This document shows, piece by piece, positions 45,696 to 56,524 of a stretch of DNA of 64,000 nt (positions are counted from its first letter, which is position 1; every line of letters starts with the position of its first letter). The position numbers were made by a program, and so were the translations under genes. The stretch covers positions 4,774,001-4,838,000 of the forward strand of contig CP089275.1 of the NCBI GenBank assembly GCA_023920165.1, in the 5' to 3' direction. This DNA comes from Curvularia clavata. Lineage: Eukaryota. The notes under the pieces were generated by a model. That model ran no database searches. It worked only from the letters and a program-made list of their open reading frames with translations, and had not been told where the DNA came from.

Positions 45696-46475
45696 ATGCC
45701 GTACAACAACACTCCCATTGCGCCCAACAAGGAAATTACTGGCCATGTATCGCTTCCCCGTGAGTATTTTACTGGCATCTGGCCAAAAACACCATTGACA
45801 TAGGCCTGTCGGCTAACTGCTTCCCCAGTGGCACGCGTGCAGAAGATCATCCAAGCGGACCCCGAGCGCATCACAACTTCCAAGAATGCTGCCTTTGCTA
45901 TCGCGCTAGCCACAGAAATGTTCATCCAGCATCTCGCAACCACAACTTATAATGTCGTAAAAGCCGAGCGCAAGCCCCGCCGCAACATCCAGTATCGCGA
46001 CGTCAGCAGCGCAGTGGCCAAGACAGACAATCTAGAGTTTCTAGTCGACGTCGCACCCAAGACGAGCACATGGGGCACGGTAAAGAGGAAAATTGAAGAA
46101 AAGGAGAAAGAGGACGCCAAGAGAAAGGAGAAGGGGGTCAAGAAAGATGGGCCAGTAAATGGCCAGATGACATTGGATCTCGCCGCAGAGACTGTCGAGG
46201 CAAATACGGCAGAGAACAGCGAGACACCTGTAAACGGCACTGCCACAGCCTCGCAATCGCCAGACAAGCCCGATGAGACGCCTGACGCCATGGAAGTCGA
46301 CCAGGGGGTAGACCGTGTTGCAGACAGCGAGCCGGAGGAGGACCCTGCGGCTATGCAGATTGAGATGGAGATGCGTGGACCGCCACAGCAGCCCGCTGTG
46401 ACCGAGAACAAGAATCCGAGTCCAGCACCTAGGCGGTCAACGGGTGGCTTCACAGCAATTAATGGAACCAAATAA
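45696..46475 (+). CDS. DPB3: Histone-fold protein, Dpb3/Dls1/CHRAC-type (DNA polymerase epsilon small subunit); intron 45760-45827
   Basis: MPYNNTPIAP...SLP|LARVQKIIQADP...AFAIALATEMFIQHL...RRNIQYRDVSSAVAKTDNLEFLVDVAP. Confidence 0.75.
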
Positions 46476-46842
46476 TCTGCACCGATTGGGGCGTGGAAAG
46501 GAGATTTTCTTGCATTATATTTGGCGTTCAACAGGATATACCATGCCAGGAGTGCTTGACCAGTAAAAATAAATATATATGGAAGGCGTTGATTGTACTT
46601 GAAAAGAAACAAGATCTCATCCGATTGCAGCCCAAGTTGCAGTACCCTTGGCCGCATCTTCTATACAGCCTGGCCAAAACACTCAACCGAAATTGATTAG
46701 TTTTGAAGAAAATCATACATGACTTAAGCTTTTCTCCAGACATCAGCTTGTCCACAGTTCGCTCGTCATGCATCCAAATGCAGCCCCTGCAATTTGCTAT
46801 GAGCCAATATCATACCAGCAGCAATATGCCTAGAGACACCAC

Positions 46843-47646
46843 TTAAAAATCATCCTCATTCCACACCTCCACACTACCCACCCAACCCTCTCTGACCAGA
46901 ACAGCCTTCAGCACCTCTTCCGTGTTCTTCCACGGCACACCAAACTTCCCACTGTTAATCCTGCACATCCTTATCCCGCTAATCTCATCCCCCACCACCT
47001 TCACCAACTCCAAGCACACCTCCACTGCCCGCTTCGTGTTCCTCAAAATCTCCTTCACGTCATCTTTCTGCTTTCCATATCGCCGACTCGTAAATAGACA
47101 GCCGATCCAATGGCCTTTGTCCCCGTCTACCGGTGGAATCAACAGTGTCGTTCCGACCGGTACAGGGTTGAATGCTTTGATCGAGTGCTCCTTGGCGCAG
47201 AAGGCGTTGTAGATGGTATACGCGTTAGGATATTGTTGCTTGAATGCCAGGGCGATGCCAGCGCCCCAGGAGCCCTGGGTGTTGCAAGCATGCAGGAGGA
47301 GGGTGCCTGGCGGGGCGGAAAAGAGGGAGCCGGCGTGGGGGGTAAGACTCAATGTTGGGAGAGAAGATGATGAAGGCGGTGAATAATGAGTGGGAGGAAG
47401 GTTTTTGTATGAAAGGGCCTTGGGTGCTGTAACTTCGTTGTCTTGTCCTTTGGACGACAGCGGCTCTGGTGACGCTGATGACGGCTTCTTGATTTTGCCG
47501 TTGTCTTTGTCTTGTAGTGTTGAGGAGGCTGTCGTTAGCAAGTTCTCAGAGGCATCTTGTTCAGGCGCTTTGGAGGTTGCTTCGCCATGTTCTCCATTCT
47601 TGGGCTTGAAGTAGGAAGTGATGAAGGCGTTCTTTTTGGTAGACAT
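46843..47646 (-). CDS. POA1: Macrodomain protein, Poa1/TARG1-type ADP-ribose-1''-phosphate phosphatase, with a disordered N-terminal extension
   Basis: GSLFSAP, LLHACNTQGSWGAGIALAFKQQYP, IGCLFTS, MCRINSGKFGVPW. First ATG at 47646 (MSTKKNAFITSYFK). Confidence 0.82.
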   Translation of the reverse strand: MSTKKNAFITSYFKPKNGEHGEATSKAPEQDASENLLTTASSTLQDKDNGKIKKPSSASPEPLSSKGQDNEVTAPKALSYKNLPPTHYSPPSSSSLPTLSLTPHAGSLFSAPPGTLLLHACNTQGSWGAGIALAFKQQYPNAYTIYNAFCAKEHSIKAFNPVPVGTTLLIPPVDGDKGHWIGCLFTSRRYGKQKDDVKEILRNTKRAVEVCLELVKVVGDEISGIRMCRINSGKFGVPWKNTEEVLKAVLVREGWVGSVEVWNEDDF

Positions 47647-48241
47647 TGTTGCAGTCAACTCGGCTACAGTTGTGTTAATATCAGAAAAGGTAGTTATAGT
47701 TACGAAGGCAAAGACGTGTTGTTGGAATATCAAGTCAGTGAAGAGTAGTTGTTGGCAGGAAAGTGTCTTGCAGATATAGAGTGAGAGAGTCAGAATAAGG
47801 CTGGAGCCAGGCAGATGCCAAGACTTTTATTCGCTCAGAAGTACTCCCTGTTCCATTCATTCAAATCGTGGCTTCTAATGAAGTGAGGGTGGATGGCCGA
47901 GTTCCTAATCAGAAACTACGGTAGCGAAGAAACAAGGCTAATGAGGTACATAATGTTTTACGCAGGAAACCACTCATTATCAGCAGGCCAATACTAGCTA
48001 TTATACCGGGACCTCTGAAAATACTTTGGGAGCAGATGCAAACGACCTTTGTGAGGCAATTCCATATCTGGGGTGATGTTCGGGCGATGACGCCGGGATG
48101 GTGTTCGTCTGCCACGGGACTGTCTGGCCAATCAGACGACACCTGACATAACGCTCCCTGCCAGACCAGCCAAAACTTCAACATCGTCAACCCAAGCTCC
48201 TCTCCATCAACGACAACGACCCCCGCCCACTCGCGTCCACG

Positions 48242-49209
48242 ATGCCCGCCCTCGCCAACACCGCCCGTGCTGTCGCACGCTCATGGACCGCTCACCAATT
48301 GCCCGTTGCTCGGGCGGCCGGCTGCACCGCTATGCAGACCCGTAACGCCTCGGCTTCCTCGTTCGATAGTCCCTTCAAGGGCGGTCCGGACTCGACCAAG
48401 ATCCCCTCGTTTGCTGCGTACAGGAATAAGGGTGGCGAGACAGGACCGAAGGTGTTCCAGTACTTCATGGTCGGAACCATGGGTGCGCTGAGTGCGCTTG
48501 GCGCGAAGGCGACCGTACAGGGTAGGTCACCAGCACCGCGATAGCCCAATGGAGAGACGGATCTTGTTCGGCTCGATTGATACGACATATTTGGAGTTGT
48601 GGGAGAGCAATTGGCCATTTTGCGGATGATATGCGACCGTACGCTGATGCAGAACCGGACGGCTAACCGTTTCGCTCAACAGACTTCCTTGTCAACATGT
48701 CCGCCTCCGCCGATGTTTTGGCCCAAGCCAAGGTAGAAATCGACCTCGCTGCCATTCCCGAGGGCAAGAACGTACGTCTTACGATCCCATATGCATTTCC
48801 TGGAAGGCGGAAGCTAATGATAGCAGGTCATTATCAAGTGGCGAGGCAAGCCCGTCTTTATCCGACACCGCACCCAGGACGAGATCAAGGAGGCTGAGGA
48901 TACCAAGTGGGAGTCCCTCCGTGACCCTCAGCCTGACTCTGCCCGTGTCCAGAAGCCCGAATGGCTGATCATGTTGGGTACGTCACAACACACCCGCATA
49001 CATGGAGATTGGAGTTAACAGCAACAGGTGTCTGCACTCATCTTGGATGTGTCCCCATTGGCGAGGCTGGTGACTTTGGAGGCTGGTTCTGCCCTTGCCA
49101 CGGTTCCCACTACGACATCTCTGGCCGCATAAGAAAGGGACCTGCCCCTCTCAACCTCGAGGTTCCCCAATACGACTTCCCCGAGGAGGGCAAAGTTGTC
49201 ATTGGTTAA
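48242..49209 (+). CDS. RIP1: Cytochrome bc1 Rieske iron-sulfur subunit, mitochondrial; 3 introns
   Basis: Presequence; [53 protein letters not shown]. Confidence 0.97.
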
Positions 49210-49451
49210 GTGGAGTAACTTCGAACGAGGGGTGCACGATGTCGAGACTTGTGTGTGTATAGGAGCGAGCATCACCAATTTTCCTACGGTTTGATTAACA
49301 TAGATTCGGCTTGTGTCCTTGCAATGTAACACCAGTTAGAGTCATCATTTGCGTTTATTGGGTACAGGTGTTGGTGTGGTACCGTCACATATATGCATTG
49401 CAACAATCGTGGGATGAGCTGCACATGAACTTCAGATCTCTATTTCTTCTA

Positions 49452-50466
49452 TCATTGGCCACTCAGGTAGGTCTTGATAGCCTCGACAGCGTTCTTGAAC
49501 TTATCCGCCTCAATGAGCACCATATGGCCCTTGGGCTTGACCCCTAGTTCCTGGAACGCCCTCTTGCTATCGCTCGCGCCCTCATCCACTGGTGTGTCGT
49601 ACTCAAAGTCCGTGTAACCTAGCGCATGCTTATGCAGCACCTCGTCCTCGGGGTGGAAGTAAAACGTCTCCTGGCCAACGTCTGCCTTCTTGTTCTTCTT
49701 TTTGCTTGGTGGTGCATCACTGCTTGGTAACTGCGACTGGATTTCAGAGTAGCATTTTGAGAGCACGAGGTAGTGCGTAAATGTGTACGGTTCCTTTTCC
49801 TCCACGGCCCATTGAATTTCTTCAAGCAACATTGTGTACATTGGGGGCACGACCTCGTGTGGCATGTTTATGAAGCGTTCGGTCAGGATGAGGCCGACTT
49901 GCGCCGTGGAAGATGGAGAGAGCAGTGGTGGGAGAACAGGAATTGAAGTGGCTTTCTTCGAGAGGTAGGATGTCAAGTCGCGAATAACTTTCTTGTCCTG
50001 CAGGCACTTGTTAAGAATTTGACTTCTACTGAATGGACAGAAGACCCCGACTGCGATCTGGGACACATGCGTACCTGGTGTGTTTGCAGGTTCAAGACTG
50101 TAAGGAAAGCATATGGGTCTGTTTCGTTTCCATCCACCTTGACGGTACTTCCCAGCAGCGGTTGCGCCAATATGATGTCGGCGAGTTCTGAAAGGTTGAA
50201 CAGCTGCGCATCGACATCGAGGAGCTGGCGCATAAGGTTCTTGAGCCCGTGAAAGTCTACAGCGGGCTGTGGATCGAACCATTCGAAGTCGACGTTTACA
50301 ATGTCCATTTCCTAGCACACAATTGTTAGCTAACTATTCGATTGGAAGCGGGATTGACCGAAGCGCATACCTCGTCGCTCCCAGAGTCGTCGCCATCCTG
50401 CTGCGTGCGCTTGTCCGACACATCGGGCAGGTCTTCAGGATCTCTCTCGGACTTTCTTTTCGCCAT
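49452..50466 (-). CDS. BCP1: Bcp1/BCCIP (60S biogenesis, Mss4 export); 2 introns
   Basis: VNVDFEWFDP, DFHGLKNLMRQLLD, LGSTVKVDG, GLILTERFINMPHEVVPPMY, FYFHPEDE. Confidence 0.92.
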
Positions 50467-50577
50467 TATGTGTCTGTATATCTAAGATACAGTTTTGTTG
50501 CCAAGGTAAGTTAGGACGAATGGAGAATTCGAGCGACGCGACATTCGCGCTTGCGTCGACGGGTCCTATCGATAAAG

Positions 50578-50601
50578 AAATTTTGGGCCCCGCCAAAATT
50601 T
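50578..50601. promoter_or_regulatory. 9-bp perfect inverted repeat AAATTTTGG-N6-CCAAAATTT (RRPE-like) in the 280-bp BCP1/GUA1 divergent spacer
   Basis: Read directly. AAATTTT resembles the RRPE core of ribosome-biogenesis promoters. Confidence 0.5.
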
Positions 50602-50746
50602 GCGACAGTCACAAAGCCCCTCCTGCGCCTGGCTTCCCTCCCCCAGATACCCCGTTTTCTCACCTCTTTTTTTCTTCTCCTTCTTGTCACCACTTTCTTT
50701 CATACTCAAGTTACACACTTTCAAGGTGTACTCACTTTTTTCTAAA

Positions 50747-52425
50747 ATGGCGACCGACAACTCAGACCCAATTCCCCCCCACAAGACCTTCGATACCATC
50801 TTGGTCCTCGACTTTGGGTCGCAGTACACCCATTTGATCACCCGCCGACTCCGCGAACTCAACATCTACTCTGAGATGCTGCCATGCACGACTAAAATTG
50901 CCGACCTTCCATTCACACCAAAGGGTATCATCCTCTCGGGTGGCCCATACTCGGTTTACGAGAAAGACGCACCCCACGTTGACCATGCAGTCTTCGACCT
51001 CGGTGTCCCAATCCTGGGCATATGCTACGGACTGCAAGAAATGGCATGGCACTTTGGCAAGAACGCCGGTGTAGCCGCAGGCGAGAAGAGGGAATACGGA
51101 CATGCCCACCTTAAGGTTGAGAACCACGGCGGACACATGGACGAGCTGTTCAAAGACTTGGGTAACGATCTCGAGGTCTGGATGAGTCACGGTGACAAGC
51201 TCAGCCACATGCCTGAGGGCTTTGAGACTGTTGCAACAACCTCCAATGCGCCATTTGCCGGTATTGCACACAAGACAAACAAGTACTACGGCATTCAATT
51301 CCACCCAGAGGTCACCCACACCAAGAACGGAAAGATTGTGTTGAAGAACTTCGCCGTCGACATCTGCCAGGCAAACACAAACTGGACCATGAGCAAATTC
51401 GTGGACCAGGAGATTACACGCATCAGGAAGCTGGTCGGCGACAAAGGACAGGTCATTGGCGCTGTCAGCGGTGGTGTCGATTCGACCGTTGCGGCGAAGC
51501 TGATGAAGGAGGCTATCGGCGACCGCTTCCACGCCGTCATGGTTGACAACGGTGTTTTACGACTCAACGAGGCTGTGCAGGTCAAGAAGACCCTAGATGA
51601 GGGTCTGGGCATCAACCTTACAGTTATCGATGCTTCTGATCTGTTTCTCGACCGCCTGAAGGGCGTCACCGACGACCCGGAGAAGAAGCGCAAGATCATC
51701 GGTAACACCTTTATCGAGGTTTTCCAGAAGCAGGCCGAGAAGATCAAAGCAGAGGCCCATGCGGATAGCCAGGCTGGTGAGATTGAATGGCTCCTCCAGG
51801 GCACGCTCTACCCCGATGTCATCGAGTCTCTCTCGTTCAAGGGTCCCTCCCAGACCATCAAGACGCACCACAACGTTGGTGGTCTCCCCAAGGATATGAA
51901 GCTCAAGGTCATTGAGCCTCTTCGCGAGCTGTTCAAGGACGAAGTCCGTGAGCTAGGCAAGGAGCTCGGTATTCCAGAGGATCTTGTCTGGCGTCACCCT
52001 TTCCCTGGCCCGGGTATCGCTATCCGCATCTTGGGTGAGGTCACCCGTGAGCAGGTCCGCATCGCGCGCGAGGCCGACCACATCTTCATTGAGGAGATCA
52101 AGGCTGCTGGCCTGTACAGGAACATCAGTCAAGCTTTCGCGGCGCTTCTGCCGGTCAAGGCGGTTGGTGTCATGGGTGACAAGCGTGTGCACGACCAGGT
52201 GATTGCGCTGAGGGCTGTTGAGACCTCGGACTTTATGACAGCGGATTGGTATCCTTTTGATGGCGAATTTCTCAAGAAGGTGAGCAGGAGGATTGTAAAT
52301 GAGGTCAACGGCGTTTGCCGTGTGGTGTATGACAGTAAGTGCTTTTCGTCCCTGATGATGCTGCAGAGTATCGCTAACATTGGCTAGTCACAAGTAAGCC
52401 CCCTGGCACCATTGAGATGGAGTAG
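50747..52425 (+). CDS. GUA1: GMP synthase (glutamine-hydrolysing); intron 52335-52387
   Basis: [67 protein letters not shown]; last exon [11 protein letters not shown]. Confidence 0.98.
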
Positions 52426-53149
52426 TGGCTGTACAATTATTCCGGCCTTGCCAGGTTATGGCGCAAAGCGTTGTTACACATGATTATGAAGTGGCTGGAC
52501 GTGGATACGAAATAGACGATGGTTCATAGACGTCCCTTTTTTTGATGATACCCTTGCATGACTACGACAAAGTAGTTGAATATGAACCTTTTACGAACTA
52601 CATACCGAAGTGCTGCCGGATTACTGCTTGATGTGGGAGGTGATGCCTCGGAGGGTTGAAATGATGGTATGAATGTGGAAAAGATATTTTTCAGGGGTTT
52701 CATTGCGTCTCTACGGTATTTGGAGGGGTTGGGATATGTTGGCGCTGGAATATCAAATTTCTTGTGGTTAAAATGACGGTATCAAGTGAAGAAAATCACA
52801 TGGTTGACTTTCACGTGCTTTCGGCAAAGGCGTCCCGATAGATGTTTCCTATAGTATAATCCAATAGAATGAACTAAACATGATTTCGAAACCGCGGAGA
52901 AGTGCAGAAATAAAATAAAAAATAAAAAATAAGAGTTTAATGCACTCAATTAAGCGTTTATCCAGCCTTGGCGTTGGTGGGCTGCTTCAGATGGTGGCTG
53001 TGCAATGACAACATCGGACCCCCGAGATGCTGGACCCTTGCATGAGTCCAGGCGAGGCGGCATCTCGTCTCGCAACGTAGTAACTTTATCCGACATTCTT
53101 TTCTTTTGCGAATACACGAAGAAGAAGACGCAAGATTTACGACGATGCG

Positions 53150-55914
53150 ATGAATCGTTTCGAATCCACTGGCGAACGCGGCCATGTACCATCAGCCTCG
53201 CAACCATCCTCCATCCATCTAGACGCCTCCCAACCACAGGCCGGCCGACCACACTCCACGCGTCGCCCATCGTCACGCCCAGGCCAAGCTTCACGAGCAA
53301 CTTCGTATGCGCCCTCGTTGCGGCGGCGCCTTACAAGCCACTCGCTGTTATCGCTCGATGCTGACAATGGAGACCCCGAAGCTGCAGAGAATACGCACGC
53401 CGAGGCCGCCATTGTCGAGGAGATTGCTGAGATCAAGCGCTACGAAGACTTTACAACGATAGACTGGGTGCAAGATGCTGCGCGCGAACAACTGCGGCGG
53501 AAAGCGCGGCGACGCCAACGAGATAGCATTGGCGTGCGCAGGGACGGTGGCACCAATAAGGTGTTTCTGGGCCGTGGAAGGGGTAGGTGGAGGAGAAAGA
53601 TTGCAGAGGCGTACGATGCTGGTCAAGCCTGGATTGTAGTCACGCTTGTCGGGGCGGCCATTGGACTCAACGCCGCGTTTTTGAATATTGTTACTGAATG
53701 GCTGAGCGATATAAAGCTAGGGCATTGCACCACGGCTTTCTACCTCAACGAGAATTTCTGCTGCTGGGGCGCCGAGGGAGGGTGCGCTGAGTGGAAACAC
53801 TGGACGGGTTTTTGGCCTGCAAATTACCTGTTTTACATCCTCTTCGCGGCGCTGTTCTCGTTTACGTCTGCGAGGTTAGTCAAGAGCTTCGCACCATATG
53901 CGGCTGGATCAGGCATCTCGGAGATGAAGTGCATCATTGCAGGATTCGTAATGAAAGGTTTCCTGGGTTTCACCACGCTCTTTATCAAGTCGATTGGACT
54001 ACCGCTTGCAATTGGGTCGGGGCTGTCTGTCGGCAAGGAGGGACCCAGTGTGCACTATGCGGTTTGTACGGGAAATGTTATCAGCAGGTTCTTCGACAAG
54101 TACAGGAGGAATGCGGCCAAGACTAGAGAGATTCTGAGTGCAAGCGCGGCGGCAGGTGTCGGCGTGGCATTTGGAAGTCCCATCGGAGGAGTGCTGTTTA
54201 GCTTGGAGGAGATGAGCAATCAGTTTCCGCTTAAGACGCTCTGGAGGAGTTACTTTTGCGCCTTGGTTGCTACGGCTGTTCTTGCTGTAAGCACCCTAAC
54301 TTCTGTTCTATCCAACAACAAGACTGATCGAAGCTGCTGTAGGCCATGAACCCCTTTCGCACTGGGCAGCTGGTCATGTTCAACGTGTCCTACGATCGCT
54401 CATGGCACTTCTTTGAGATTCTCTTCTATCTCATAATTGGCGTTTTCGGCGGTCTCTACGGCGCTTTTGTCATCAAGTGGAACCTCAAGATGCAGGTCTT
54501 TCGCAAAAAGTACCTGGCTGCATATCCCATTACCGAGGCCGTTACCCTAGCTGTCGTCACGGGTGTGATTTGCTATCCGAATATGTTTCTGAGAATCGAC
54601 ATGACGGAGAGCATGGAGATCCTGTTCCGAGAGTGCAAGGCTGGCAAGGATTACGACCAGTTGTGCGACGCGGCACACAGGTGGCACAATGTCTGGACGC
54701 TTGCTCTCGCGACTGCCATTAGGACTTTGCTGGTCATCATATCGTTTGGGTGCAAGGTGCCCGCGGGTATCTTTGTACCCAGTATGGCGATTGGCGCAGC
54801 ATTTGGCCGTATGGTGGGTATCTGTGTCCAGGCTCTTCACGAATCCTTTCCTACTTCTACGTTCTTTTCGGCTTGCGGACCAGATGGACCCTGCATTACG
54901 CCGGGTACATATGCTTTCCTCGGAGCGGCCGCAGCACTGAGTGGCATTATGCACATCACCGTGTCGGTGGTAGTCATCATGTTTGAAATCACAGGCGCGT
55001 TGACATACATCCTGCCGACCATGATTGTTGTTGGCGTTACAAAAGCAGTGAGTGAGCGGTTTGGACACGGCGGAATCGCTGATCGCATGATTTACCTCAA
55101 TGGATACCCGTTCCTGGATAGCAAAGAAGAACACGCTTTCGGCGTGCCAGTCTCTCAAGTCATGGCGAGTCGCCCTGTGTGTATACCGGCTACCGGGATG
55201 AAACTACAGCAGATGGAGCGCCTCATGAATGAGAACCAATATCAGGGCTATCCCATTGTTGAAGACGTCAAAACGAAGACGTTGGTCGGGTACATCGGAC
55301 GTACAGAGCTTCGCTATGCTATTGACCGCGCGAAGATGGAGCAGCATGCGCCAGGACATGCCAAATGCTACTTCTCGCACACATCGAATAGTCAGAGCGC
55401 GCCACAAACACCTGCGGGAAATGGATCGGCACCAAACACAACATTCGACTCTATTGCCAGTACGTCGTCGCAGACAAACTTGGACTTTACAAGATTTGCC
55501 GACCCGACACCGCTTTCCGTGCATCCCCGTCTGCCCCTCGAAACGGTCATGGAAATCTTCAAGAAAGTAGGACCGCGAGTCATCTTGGTTGAGTATCGTG
55601 GTCGTCTCACTGGCCTCATCACTATCAAAGACTGCTTGAAATACCAGTTCAAGGTCGAAGCGGGCCATGGTGGCAGCGGTATCGCTGGTAATGGAGATGA
55701 GGGCATGGAGAAACTGGCAGCATTTGGGAAGCGTATGATTAATTGGGCACGAAGGAAAGCGGGGATGAAGGAGGTGGGGGAGTTGAGACTGGTCAGTCCA
55801 ACGATTCCTGGACGGAATGAGGAGACTTTTGCTGTTGGCGACGAAGACGAGGATGAGGACAGCGAGGACGAGAGCATGGAACTTGGTGATAGGAGGCACA
55901 GCAGAAGTAGATAG
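53150..55914 (+). CDS. ClC-family chloride channel/antiporter (Gef1/ClC-3-like) with CBS domains; one intron at about 54287-54342
   Basis: YEDFTTIDW, GSGISE, GKEGP, GIFVP, GTYAFLG, VVIMFEITG and a C-terminal CBS pair. Confidence 0.95.
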
Positions 55915-55985
55915 TCGATGCTCGTACCAAACTAGTATTGTGTCATGGTTGTATCTGTTTTCCCGTGGCCCAGTTTGAGTGCTAC

Positions 55986-56015
<30 letters not shown>
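55986..56015. repeat. (TAG)10 microsatellite just downstream of the ClC gene
   Basis: Ten perfect TAG units read directly. Confidence 0.95.
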
Positions 56016-56017
<2 letters not shown>

Positions 56018-56524
56018 TAGTATAACAGCGTAGGGTGCGGGAAGCCTAGCTGATAAAAGTGGAGCTATCAAGGGCCCACCTTCACGTGGAGGCCTGTTAC
56101 TTGCTGCTGTGACGACCCTCATTTCTACTGTGTCCTATCCATCAGAAGATGGACAGGACGGTTGTAGCAACAACGGTTGCACAAAGCACGTGCATAACAG
56201 TCTGAGCATAGACGCATGTCTTTCTTTCTGCTCCGGCTGCCAGTGCAGCGCCGGACATTAAAAGGACGAATCAGACAACGAATGCGCCGCTGCAGGGGCG
56301 GCAGTCTGCCACTAGTCAGGGTAAGCGTGTGACAACCGTGCGCGCGTACTTCGCGTACGCCTACTGTGAATTATCAGAGACAACACATCATCACCACCCG
56401 GCCGCACCTCCAGTGCCCCTCTACGACGAGTAATTGCCCCCAGACGACTATCCCCTCTCTGCCCCGCTCCCAAGCGCGGAACCACATGTCTTCGTAGCGG
56501 CCGACACCCCATCAACACTCTACC

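Noticed and set aside
50600..50746. N-terminal extension of GUA1 shown in the ORF track
   Set aside because: It starts at TTG within promoter/5' UTR pyrimidine tracts. The ATG at 50747 has a strong context and matches the expected GMP synthase start.
50762..52380. Long antisense ORFs over GUA1
   Set aside because: Expected artefact of strong codon bias in a highly expressed gene.
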